Position numbers and translations under genes: made by a program. This document shows, piece after piece, positions 37,001 through 51,797 of a stretch of DNA of 64,000 nt. Source of the stretch: Negaprion brevirostris (Eukaryota); assembly GCA_030324005.1 (NCBI GenBank), contig JARDVH010000150.1, positions 15,144,057-15,208,056 of the forward strand, given 5' to 3'. How positions within the stretch are numbered: the stretch's first letter is position 1; each line of letters starts with the position of its first letter. The notes under the pieces were generated by a model. That model searched no databases. It saw only the letters and a program-made list of their open reading frames with translations, and was not told the origin of the DNA.

Positions 37001-39799
37001 ATGTTTTCTTACTCTAGCCACCAGTGATTCAGTGAGTTTATGATACTAAACAATACAAATTGGAAAGCTCAGGTAAGTGCAAATGGATTGTCAGCACTTG
37101 CCTTAATATATCTAGATTACAATAAATAGCCACAATACAATTTTGGTTACAAACCAACGTTTCATGCTGGCACTGCGTGTCTATAAACGATAAATGAAGA
37201 AAAACATCAAGCTTAGCTACAATAATCTGCCTGCAAATCGTCAAGTGTCATTCACCAAAGAACACAATAAATGGGAGCAGCAGTAAGCATTGCAGTTCCT
37301 CGAGCCTGTTCCGCCATTGAGTAAGATCATGGCCAATTTGATTTGAGTCTCAATGCCACTTTCTTGCCTGTCCGGATGACCTTTGACTCGCCCGTTATTT
37401 AACATATCCCTAAAGTTACAACATAGTTAATTACAATAGGAAAACAGACTAATTCCTGTGTTCAAATATTGAATATCCGCACACATTACATGCCAGTTTC
37501 TGGTGTACTAAATAGAATACCTCTGGAACAGTTTTTCTCTGGTGTCACACAACTGCTNNNNNNNNNNTGAAAAATACTATGTAATTCATTTAAATAAGTG
37601 ATAACCTGTATTAATTTTAGCTTTAGGTTAATGGAAATATAGATAGGCAGTGTAGGAGCCAGAAATATTTACATGAAGTCTACCAATCTACGTGACTACA
37701 CATTCAGCAGTCTACTGCAAATGTAAAGTCAAACCTACCACACATGCTTCCTCTGCCTTCAGTGTCAATGGGTAATCAACATCATTATTCACTCATGCAG
37801 TCATCACTGCTTCATTCTGTAATATGAAGAGACTATGAGTTATGTTTGAACATTAAGTAATTTAGCAAAATGTAAACTTTCCAGGCTTAAGAATTTGATT
37901 ACACTAACATGATAAAGTTTTACGATATTCAGAAAAAGAGTCACTAACAAGGCAAATCCTAGTTAAGGGAACAAATTGTGCCACTAACAGTACAAGATCC
38001 AATTTCCTTTTTGCAAGGGGGTAATATTTTAGAATGCTCACTTTGTTATAGGTCAATGGAGTAGAATACAGCAAACAACTGAATGAATAGAAGATCAAGG
38101 GTTGAAACTTTATAGTAAGGTTTGGTGTGGTGTTCAATCTTAAGAGTTGGATTCTGCTAGAGAACTAACCCAATAAAATAAATGAAATTTCACAAGCATA
38201 TTATTTCAGAAGCTTTTTGAATGAACAGTCAACGCAAACTGCCTATGAGAGTAAAAGGAGTTACCTCAAATCTAGGACTATATCCACATATGCACTTAGC
38301 CATGTGCTGTTTTCATCTCAGGTTTCATTGAAGAAGGCACAGCACTTCGTTCTCCATGGCCATTTCTTTCCAAATGTTAGCAAAGATCCTTAGAAGTTGT
38401 GAAGCGTTATAAAAATCTTTAATGGACTTGAACACCTTTCTGAACAGACATTCGCACCAAATTTAGCTATGTCCAATTATTTTTATTTTTTTTAAATTAC
38501 AGTAAGACAGATTTTTGAACTGTTGGTAACCTTTATTCTGATGTTCCTGATAATTGAAATCTGGACAGCTGTTACAGACCATCCAATCGCTAGTACTAAA
38601 TTTACCACTCCACCTACACAGCAGCAAGTTTTTGGAACAGAATTTTTCTACTTTGCTATCAATTACTCCATGTGTTGTCAAAGTTATTATAAAGCTACCA
38701 GTTTTAGAAAAACAGGGAGAAAGGATTTATTTATGACAAAGTTTCAAACAGAAACAGTTAGCCTTTGGATACCTGGCACTAAAAACAATTATTTTCAGAC
38801 AAATCTGGCAGGACAGAAAATCTCCACTTCAAAACTTGCCGAAGTGATAACAATTTGCAATACAAATTTAAAAATATTTATATGCATGGAAAATGGCTGA
38901 TCTAAGGTAAAAGCCAAGGAGGACAGATTCAAAGTTCAACCTAAGGAGTAACTTCAGATAAACACCATAGCTGGCAATGACTTCAGACATGCCAGCTACA
39001 TGGGAAAACAAGTACAATACTATTACTAGAGTTCCTACAACTGTTGCAAAGGGACAGTTGAGACTTCAGTTTAATTAATATTTTTGACAGTACTTTTATA
39101 TAGTGTACTACAAAATCATGACAATAGAATGCATCTGGAAAAACTTTTGCCACAGGTTGCTTGATACTAAACTGGCAATTTGTTCACATCACTTAGCTGT
39201 CAAGGTAAGTGGGGCATCAACTGCAGTGGCTATACATCTACAATCGAATAGCAATACAAAATTTCATTAATGGGTAGAGTCAGTTCCTAACATCGCCCAA
39301 TTAGTTTTATTCAAATCATCTTCCTCCAACTAATTTTACCATTACAGAATTAATCCCTACCTGTATCCTTTCTACTATATCCCATCCCACAAGAATCCAA
39401 CTACAGGAAGATCAGGGTTATGAGTCAGGTATTTAGTTTAATGAGGCTTCGTGAAGCCTGTTTCAGTACAAAAAGGTCAACTCTAAACCACTTGAACATA
39501 CAACACAAAGAAAGCCATTTCCAAATATTTCTCATCCAATACATGTCAGCTTATAAAGATACATTGCTCAGGACTTCATTTGTAAATTTTGAAGAATTTG
39601 GAACATGATTAACTAGTTATTTACAGTGTACAGAGCTCTTGGAACCACTGAAAGATGCACAAATGTCCAATTACATGTTAAAAATGAAGCCTTTTATCTT
39701 CAGCAGTATCAAGGCGGTTTGTGAGGCAGAGAATATCTTCTGTTCCCGTGTTGCTTCCCTACCTTGCTACACTAAAGGAACGTTTCAGATGACAATTTT

Positions 39800-40317
39800 T
39801 ACAAGAATATGTGGCTATGAAAGCCTTTATTTTAAAATAAAGACCACAGCTTGTTCAGCTTCTATAAAACATCAGTTTGCTTAGCATAAAAATAGATTGA
39901 GAACACACTATTAACCCCTTTTACATGTTTGTTTTACTATAATTCCAGTCAATCCCACAACTTCAATTCAGAAATAGCTAGACTTTATGGGAAGCATTTG
40001 AGCAATGTTAAGACAAAAAAAGCATATCTAAAGTAAAAAGAAAACCTCAAAACATTAAAAAATATTAAGGGCTCTGTCAACTGCCTGAGAATGCTTATTA
40101 TTTGATTGTTTAATGTCAAAATTACTGAGCCAACACAGTGTGCATCCTCATGTCAGAAGCTGTCAGGCTGTGATTAACAAGGCCAAACTGAATTACGACA
40201 AGTCAGTGAGAATACAAGTACACAATACGATTCCACGAAGCTCCGAAAATCTTTATAAATACAGCCATAGGAAGGACGATCTTGAGTCAGGAAGATTTAT
40301 TTATTCGTTGTGTGTAG
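39800..40317 (-). other. CIRBP: CIRBP copy 1 terminal exon (ATHNE* remnant plus 3' UTR)
   Basis: TTCTCAG|CT ACA CAC AAC GAA TAA; UTR motif TCAAGATCGTCCTTCC; AATAAA at 39826-39831 (3' end uncertain). Confidence 0.8.
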
Positions 40318-41205
40318 CTGAGAACAAGAAGCAGGTACAATGTAAAAAGACTGCAACAGTAATCATAGCTTCCTCTTCCTATTGCTAGATCAGTGGTATG
40401 GACTGACTTGGATCATGGCTTAGAGCTATTGAGGCCTGATGCATCATGTAACATTGAAAATTATTGCTTTTGCATTTCCTTCAATGTAGATGCAATAAAT
40501 ATGCTATGGGAAGACAGCAGGGAACTGGGCTTGAGATTATTGTCATATATAAAATCCAGGTCTAAACTTTAAAGATACCCTCAACGTTTTAGAAATTTAG
40601 AATATACTGCTTTTTTTTGGTTTTGTTTCAAGATAGTAAATACATATAAATGGATTTAGTTGGGAGAGAACAAATCTGTTCAGCTCTCTAAATAGTGGGT
40701 GAAAAGTCTGGCATGCAGAATAAGAGCTAAAAACTATACTTGCCCAACAGTTCAATGCAAACGAATGCATGAAACTATGGTACTATACAATTAACTTCAA
40801 AGATTTGTATTCCATTTCTCAATATTGCACTATTCTAGTTAATTTATAGAACCTAGTGGCAGGCATCAAGCACTGTGGTGTTGCACAGACCAAGAACCTG
40901 TTCTTTCCGCCTGGACCCAACAGAACTGCAAGGCCAGAACCTACCATCAGTAGAACTTTCCGCCCCCAGAGATGCACTGTTGACTGGTAGCACAGGAAGA
41001 ATAAATATTATTGTACTGAGCTTTCAGTATTCAGGTTATGGTTACTCAAATCCACATGGACAATGTTGACATGCAGATACACTGCTTATGTTATGTAATT
41101 TTTCAGAAATCCATTACCAAGATAACTATATCTTTTCAGAAGATTAGAGTTGTGACCCCAGCCCAACCATTTTTCACTTAATTTCCATTTTTAACGGCAC
41201 CTACC

Positions 41206-44294
<3,089 letters not shown>

Positions 44295-44311
44295 TTTGCT
44301 TTACCTGGTTT

Positions 44312-44700
44312 GGGGGAGGAAGGAAGAGGAGAATTGAGTGTTTTTGCTAGGAATAGGGAGACAGAGAATTTAGCGTTTTTGTAGGGGGCTAGGGAAGGAC
44401 GAAGAATTTTTTTTGCGGGGGATAGGGAGGTTGGAAGGGCAGGATTGAGTGTTTTGCAGGGGAATAGGGAGGAAAAGAAGGAGAATTGAGTGTTTTTGCA
44501 AGGGGACGGGGGAAAGAGAATTTTTTTGCAGCAGGATAGGAAGGAAGCAAGCAAAAGGAAGACTGAGTATTTATTGCAGGGGGATGGGGGGGTGCTGGAA
44601 GTAAAGGAAAACTGAATATTTTGCAGGGCGAGAGAGAGCTTGGAAGGGAAGGAAGATTGAATATTTTGCAGGGGGATAGGGAGAGATGAGGGGGAGATTT
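44312..44700. repeat. Degenerate purine-rich minisatellite (about 9 units of 35-45 bp) in CIRBP intron 1
   Basis: Recurring GAATTGAGTGTTTTTGCAGGGG core. Confidence 0.75.
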
Positions 44701-44719
44701 TATTCGATGGGAGAAGACT

Positions 44720-45340
44720 TGCAAGCCACAGCTGTTGGGCGATTCAGGGAATGGTTTGCTGCGTGAAGATCCCCGCTTTCCCCAGCTCTGGGCCGGCTGG
44801 CCTTCTCTCTCTGCTGGCTGGCAGGCAGACTGAGTGCCGCAGTGCGGCAGGATCCGGGTCCCGAGGCAGTGGCCATCTCGGTGCCCGGCCAGGCTTTGTG
44901 GCGCCGTCGCCATTTTAGAGACCACCACCCCTATCTCCCCCCCTCCCCCCCCAAAGAGCCCCTCACAATACCCGACTTTCTTCGACTCCCCACCCCAAAA
45001 AAAACCACCACCGGCCCCAACACAAGCAACTCATTCCCAACGGGATTTATTTCATGCCTTTAGTTAGTCCACCGACATCTCTTTTCACTCTCCCCATTTC
45101 GCGTTGAACCAATTATTTCCGAATCAAGGACCGGCTGCTGGCTTATTTGATCAAAATGCCGCTCTATTTCCAGATGGTGATTAGCAATCTCCAGCCCACC
45201 CGTCTCTATTTAAAAGGACGGCTTCTGTTTTTCTTGCCCCACCCCCTCCCTCGGTTCAAAGGCAGCAGCCGCCGCCGCTACGGTTTGACAAGCGGCTCTG
45301 ATCAGGCCGAGCAATACTCGCTCACACCCCCCCCTCAAAT
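44720..45340 (-). promoter_or_regulatory. CpG-rich promoter and non-coding exon 1 region of CIRBP copy 1
   Basis: High CpG density upstream of the ATG exon; YY1-like AAAATGGCG (minus, about 44908-44916); TATA-like TTTAAATA at about 45207-45214. Confidence 0.65.
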
Positions 45341-46989
45341 CAGCAACAAAATATAAACCATNNNNNNNNNNNNNNNNNNNNNNNNNNNNNNNNNNNNNNN
45401 NNNNNNNNNNNNNNNNNNNNNNNNNNNNNNNNNNNNNNNNNNNNNNNNNNNNNNNNNNNNNNNNNNNNNNNNNNNNNNNNNNNNNNNNNNNNNNNNNNNN
45501 NNNNNNNNNNNNNNNNNNNNNNNNNNNNNNNNNNNNNNNNNNNNNNNNNNNNNNNNNNNNNNNNNNNNNNNNNNNNNNNNNNNNNNNNNNNNNNNNNNNN
45601 NNNNNNNNNNNNNNNNNNNNNNNNNNNNNNNNNNNNNNNNNNNNNNNNNNNNNNNNNNNNNNNNNNNNNNNNNNNNNNNNNNNNNNNNNNNNNNNNNNNN
45701 NNNNNNNNNNNNNNNNNNNNNNNNNNNNNNNNNNNNNNNNNNNNNNNNNNNNNNNNNNNNNNNNNNNNNNNNNNNNNNNNNNNNNNNNNNNNNNNNNNNN
45801 NNNNNNNNNNNNNNNNNNNNNNNNNNNNNNNNNNNNNNNNNNNNNNNNNNNNNNNNNNNNNNNNNNNNNNNNNNNNNNNNNNNNNNNNNNNNNNNNNNNN
45901 NNNNNNNNNNNNNNNNNNNNNNNNNNNNNNNNNNNNNNNNNNNNNNNNNNNNNNNNNNNNNNNNNNNNNNNNNNNNNNNNNNNNNNNNNNNNNNNNNNNN
46001 NNNNNNNNNNNNNNNNNNNNNNNNNNNNNNNNNNNNNNNNNNNNNNNNNNNNNNNNNNNNNNNNNNNNNNNNNNNNNNNNNNNNNNNNNNNNNNNNNNNN
46101 NNNNNNNNNNNNNNNNNNNNNNNNNNNNNNNNNNNNNNNNNNNNNNNNNNNNNNNNNNNNNNNNCCCAGTCCAATGCCAGCATATCCACATCATGAGTAC
46201 ATCATTATGTTCAGGTAATCCAGCCACCCATGTTGAGTGTGCTGTAGCCTGATCCAATTTATTTTATGCTGCAACATCACAAAACTTTTTTTAAAAAGTA
46301 ACTGACAGCTATAAAAAACAAGTTCATCAACCATAGTCACCATAGGAGGATGGCATCCATCCTACGCTTTTAAATCAACAATTATACCGAGTAGAATGTT
46401 AAAGTCCAGGATTTAAAAACTGTTAAATTCAAGAATTTTATTACATTGTGTGAAGCAGGCAACTTAGCATCATTGACCTGAAAACTCCACTGATGCTGCC
46501 AAAACTGTTGAGTGTTTCCAGCATTTGGTAGAGTGGATATCACTTAGAGCTGTAATAGTCATTAATCTTTTAGAAGTATTCACCTGCAACTCTTGGAATT
46601 TATAATGGAAACGTTACAAGTAAACTAGTCAGGTTATAATTTTGTGATCAACAGAGGCACAACACTAAAATTGGCAGGAGGATATAATTACCTGTTACAT
46701 TAATAATGGAAACTGACATTGCTGTTGGCTACCCCTTCATTGGTGAACACGATTGTCTTCCACGAGCCCAAAGATAGCTCATGAGGCAGATTCATGGTCT
46801 ACAGACATTATCGCATGTGGGATTTCTGGTTATGTATCAGTTTGGATCACAGGTCATTTTTTCCCTGCTGCTTTTGCTTTTCCTCTTCATTTGTTGTTAT
46901 TGTGGTTTCAAAATGCTGGGATTCTACCCAGACTCTATTGTCATTCTGATTTGGTCCAAGGGGATGGTCTCGCAGGCTAATCTCAATGT

Positions 46990-48060
46990 TGCATTTCTTC
47001 GTATTGACTTCAGCACATCTTTGATGCACTTCGTCTTCCCGGCTGAGCCTGGTATTTGAATTATATGACCAACTCAAAGCTGGTGGTGGTGCTTATTGCC
47101 TCGAATAATTCCTTGTGAGGGGACACCAATGTTAATGTGTTTGTCCTCCCATGTAATATGGTTGATGGTATGGCTCAGTCCTTTGAAATGCCTCCTATAC
47201 ATTGTCCATGTTTTAGCCTCACACAGTAAAGACCACAAGCTTGGTGTCAGTTTTAATTTTGCAACCTTTAACACACTCCCTCATATGGAAAGGCTGCACC
47301 AGCAGATTTTGGGCAATGCTGGGTTTCTTCATCAGTCAGCCTTCTGTGAAAAATGATTTCCAAGGTACTGGAGTGTTCCATGTTTAAGGCACTCATTGTA
47401 AATCCTGGGGCATGTGCATGAACTTACTGATGGACAACTTTAATCTTCTGAATGTTGAGCAAGTCCCATCTTCTTGTATTTCTCAGTAAACAGATGAACA
47501 ATTTTCTGAAGATCCATTTCCAATGCTGCACTTACTACTGAAGAGACCAAGGCCAGAGTGGTCTTTAATCTGACTCCAGTCAAAAGTTAACAGCTCATCA
47601 TCCATTCAATAAACAAGGTGTATTTGCTAATGGAGCATATTAGCAAGTAAGGCCAAAGCAAGTTGGAGCTACGACATTGTTTGACTCCTGCCTTAACCTT
47701 AAAAGGGTTGGTTAGATCCACTTAAGGATCCCTGCTTGCAAGGCATGTAAAATAAAATCATGTCCTTGGCCAAAACCCATACAGAGATTCTAGAGTAGCT
47801 CTTAAGTATAAAAAGTTGATTCTGAAGGGTTCTTGTATTGATTTTTCCTGCAATGGAAATCAGGAAGATATTTCTCATTTATATAATTGGATTTGCCCCT
47901 TTTCTTGAAGATTGTCACAACCATAACATCCTTGGGGATCAAGGACTTCATCGAAATCAGTAGGATATGGGCACTGAGCATTAATGTTAGCTTTTCAACT
48001 CAATACTTAAAAAGATTTGAGTGAGGATTTGTTGCGTTATGGCTTTCCTCATCACCACTG
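46990..48060 (-). mobile_element. Degraded RTE-clade LINE
   Basis: LLCEAKTWTMYRRHFK...ITWEDKHIN resembles the RTE ORF C-terminus. Confidence 0.6.
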
Positions 48061-48349
48061 GCATTTGTGAAGCTGCTTGAAATTATTATAGGTAACAGCA
48101 AAATATCTCAACACCATTGCTTGTCAGTTAATAAGATTCTAGATTTTCACTTGTCAATATCAAACCAACTGGCCTTTAGTTCCTTGTTTTCATCTCCCTT
48201 TTTTCTTAAGTGTCAAACCACATTTACTACTTTCCAAATCTGTGGGGAGTGTTCTAGACGAGAATTCTGGCAGATTAGAATACATCTATCACAAAAACTT
48301 TCAAATAAATATTAAAGTCAAAACTAAGACTCAATGCTCAAATTCACAC

Positions 48350-48945
48350 ATCTCAGGGAGCCAGGCTAATGCCTTGGGACATGGATTTGAATCTCACTAT
48401 GGCAGTTAGTGGAATTTAAATTCAATTAATAAATTTGGAATGTGAAACTCTCCTGGTAATGGTGACCATGAGACTACCATTGATTACAGTAAAACACCAT
48501 TTTGTTCCCAGATGCTCTTTAGGGAACAAAATCTGCCAACCTTAACTGGTAGTCATGATGTGGAGATGCCAGCGTTGGACTGAGGTAAACACAGTAAGTC
48601 TCACATCATCAGGTTAAGGTCCAACATGTTTATCTGTAGCAAATGCCACTAGCTTTCAGAACTGGCTGTTCCTTCATCAAGTGATCCCACCCACCTGATG
48701 AAGGAACAGCCAATTCCAAAAGCTAGTGGTGTTTGCTACAAATAAACCTGTTGAACTTTAACCAGGTGTTGTGAGACTTCTTATTGTGTTTACAACCTTA
48801 ATTGGTCCAGTCTATATGCAACTCCAGACCCCACAGCATTGTGGCTGACTTAAATGTCCTCTGAAATGGCCTAAAAAGCCACTCAGTTCAAGGGCAACTA
48901 CGGATGGCCAACAAATGCTGGCCTTGCAAATAATGTTCACATATT
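48350..48945 (+). mobile_element. DeuSINE-like element interrupted by a Penelope-type insertion
   Basis: Similar to 617-990 on both sides of the insertion. Confidence 0.65.
48551..48793. mobile_element. Penelope-like terminal fragment forming a long inverted repeat
   Basis: Arms of about 100 bp around 48690 (CCTTCATCAAGTG/CACCTGATGAAGG); related sequence at 60425-60515 and 62330-62455. Confidence 0.65.
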
Positions 48946-50034
48946 GTCATGCGTAAACCCTTCTATCTCAGCTGAAGCAACAATTAGCTAAAAACAACAG
49001 AATCAAAGACTAAATTTTTGCTCACCTGATTTATTTCAGCTTGTGTCAAATTTCATGAAGTGCCTTGGAAAGTTGGACATACTAAACACGCTAGATAAAT
49101 GCTAGTAGCTGTAATTTCATTCAATGGAGCTAAGATCCTCATCACCGTACCCCTCTCTAGGTCCCATTGCTCTAACTACTATACCATCCCTTGGACCTCC
49201 TCATTGTCAGTTCTTCTGGACTTTATTCTATAGATGTGCAAACTGCAAAAGTTGTGCATTTCAGAATAACAGTAAATGCTAATATTTTCACCAATACCAC
49301 TACAATATTTGAGCCATTACTTATGCACAATCCAGGACACCTTTGCATTGTCCAAAGTCAAACATCATTGTTTTAACTGGCAACTTGGGATTTAAATGTT
49401 TCAGTTCCGACAACTCGCGGGTTGTTCCAATCAGCAGCCTTTATCAATTTGCAGTTTTTTTGGGCAAATCTTTTTGGGAAGGAATTTCATGCCGTCTCTT
49501 CCCTAGAGGCAATATATTCTGAATGGACTAAAGCATCTCTGGTTAGGAAGAAAAAAACTATGTGTTAACATTTATAGTTAATCCATTTTACCCTAGAACA
49601 ATCCATCATGCAAATATAAAATCATAGCTGATCTCCCTCAAATCCCCATAACATGATACAGATCAACTGTTAGGCAAGAACAGAGGAATATGGATTAATG
49701 GTTGTTAAATGAGGTACAGATCCAATGGTGGAATATACGTAAATAGCCAACTTGTGTTTGTATATACCTATGACAGTTATATTTGCGTTATCCTTGTGAA
49801 AAGGTGGAGCCTCCTGCACAATAGGTGAGATTTAAAAAGGACAAAATCACTGGGAGAATAAAATATCAGCAACGCTGTCAATGGGTCAAATTATCTTCCT
49901 GTGCTTCAATTCTACATACTGAGAAGACAGGTTTGAATGTTATGGTAACCTTTCAAATTTAACTAGGTGGTTTCACAAACAGAAGCATATCTCAAATTTT
50001 ATGTATGGCACAGAAATAAATGACAAATTTAAGT

Positions 50035-50295
50035 TTTGTGTCACAAGGAGGTTTACGTTAACACTGCAACAAAAATCCCCTGGTTGCCACTCTGACACCT
50101 GTTCAGGTATGCCAAGAGAGAATGCCAATGCATCTAACCAGCATATCTTTTGGATTGTGGGAAGAAACCAGAGAAGCCCCATGCAGGTACTGGGAGAAAG
50201 TGCAAACTCCACACATTGACCCAAGCCAGGAATTGAACCCAGGTCCTTGGCGCTTTGAGGCAGCAATGCTAACCACTATCCCACCATGCCACCCA
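50035..50295 (-). mobile_element. tRNA-derived SINE
   Basis: Family motifs. Confidence 0.8.
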
Positions 50296-51521
50296 GGTAG
50301 TCTGAATAATTGTAACACTAAAAATGACTTTAGGAATAGCCTAAAGAGTCAAATTTTCAATTTAGATGATTACACAGCATGAAATTTTTAATTATATTCA
50401 ATGCAACTCAAAATTACAGATTTTCATTTTTCTAATAGCTTTGATTGCCTGAGTCAGTGATGCATATAGTTAGTTTAACAAGGAGATCCAAGGGCAGCTG
50501 CACAATTACATGTTTGATGTTTAACTAGACTCAATTAAAGACGACTTCCAAACAATCAGGAAATTAAGATTAAGTAAAATATTTCCTTCCTAACTAGTTC
50601 AATTATGTAAATAATTCTATGCAATGACTTACAAGTCTAAAAGCAATTTTTCTTCAATCAGTAAAGAGTTAGCTTCACTGGTTAAGAATTTCTACAATGA
50701 AGGATTAAGATTTATATAATCTTTCTAATCTATTTCAAAACCCTCACTCAAATTTCTGTAAGTCTCTCCAGGAAGTTACACTTCTGGTGACTCAGCATAA
50801 AGCATTCAATTCCAGCCACACGTTTACCCTTCTGGACGCATCACCAGTTACATCCGAATACCCAGCAAACATAGAGTTTAAAATTGTTTTATGATATAGT
50901 GAGACATCAGGAGCAAAGAGAATGGAATAGACAAAACCCGAGAGTGATGCTTTTTTAAAAAAAATACTTGTGGCTCAAGAGATAAAGGTAGAGGTGCGAG
51001 AGCAAATATAGTGATGGCACTAATTTAATGAATTATAAAGTTGGGAAAATAATTTTACAACAGCAGCACTGTCCTATTTGTGGATAATTGAGGAATGCCA
51101 CTTTTAGACAAATCAACAGGCAAAGTGCCTTTCAACTACAAATACACTTCAACAGTAATACACGTTCCATTCATTTATTCTACAAAGTCCTCAAGTATCA
51201 CCAACTCATTTTAAAATTGTTTTATTATGCACGTACAGTGTAAATTTTCTCAGTTAAACATTGTTCAACTGATCAAAGCTGCCACCTACCAATAACGTGA
51301 TGTTAATGATGGCTGAGTTACTGCAGCTAGTAATTCCCACTCAGTGCCTCATTACTTAGTGTTGAAAGAGTTTGGAAACGAAAGCTGCAAGCACAATCTT
51401 GAATGTAATAAACGTCAATTCAAATAACTTAGTTTTCAGATGTTCAGTCCATCCATTCCAAGAGGTCTTACTCCAGGCAGCAAATATGGTTTTTGCAGTA
51501 CAGTGGATTTCATTTATGAAT

Positions 51522-51797
51522 TAGTGTCACAAGTAGGCTTACAAAAACACTGCAATGAAGTTAGTGAAGATACCCTAGTCACCATACTCCAATGCCTGGT
51601 CAGATACAGTGAAGGAGAATTTAGCATGGCCAATGCACTTAACCAGCATGTCTTTCGGACTGTTAGAGGAAACCACAGCACCTGGAGAAAATTCACGCAG
51701 ACACGGGAAGAATGTGCAGGCTCTGCACAGATAGGGACCCAAGGTGGGAATTGAAACTGAGTCTCTGAGGCAGCAGTGCTAACCACTGTGTCTACCA
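51522..51797 (-). mobile_element. tRNA-derived SINE
   Basis: Family motifs. Confidence 0.8.

Noticed and set aside
37759-37807. Box C (GTGATGA) and box D (CTGA) pair on the minus strand
   Set aside because: Only about 49 nt from C to D with no terminal stem; better explained as a small exon
44389-44928. 179-aa minus-strand ORF in the promoter and intron 1
   Set aside because: Low-complexity product of the CpG island and minisatellite; no recognisable domain
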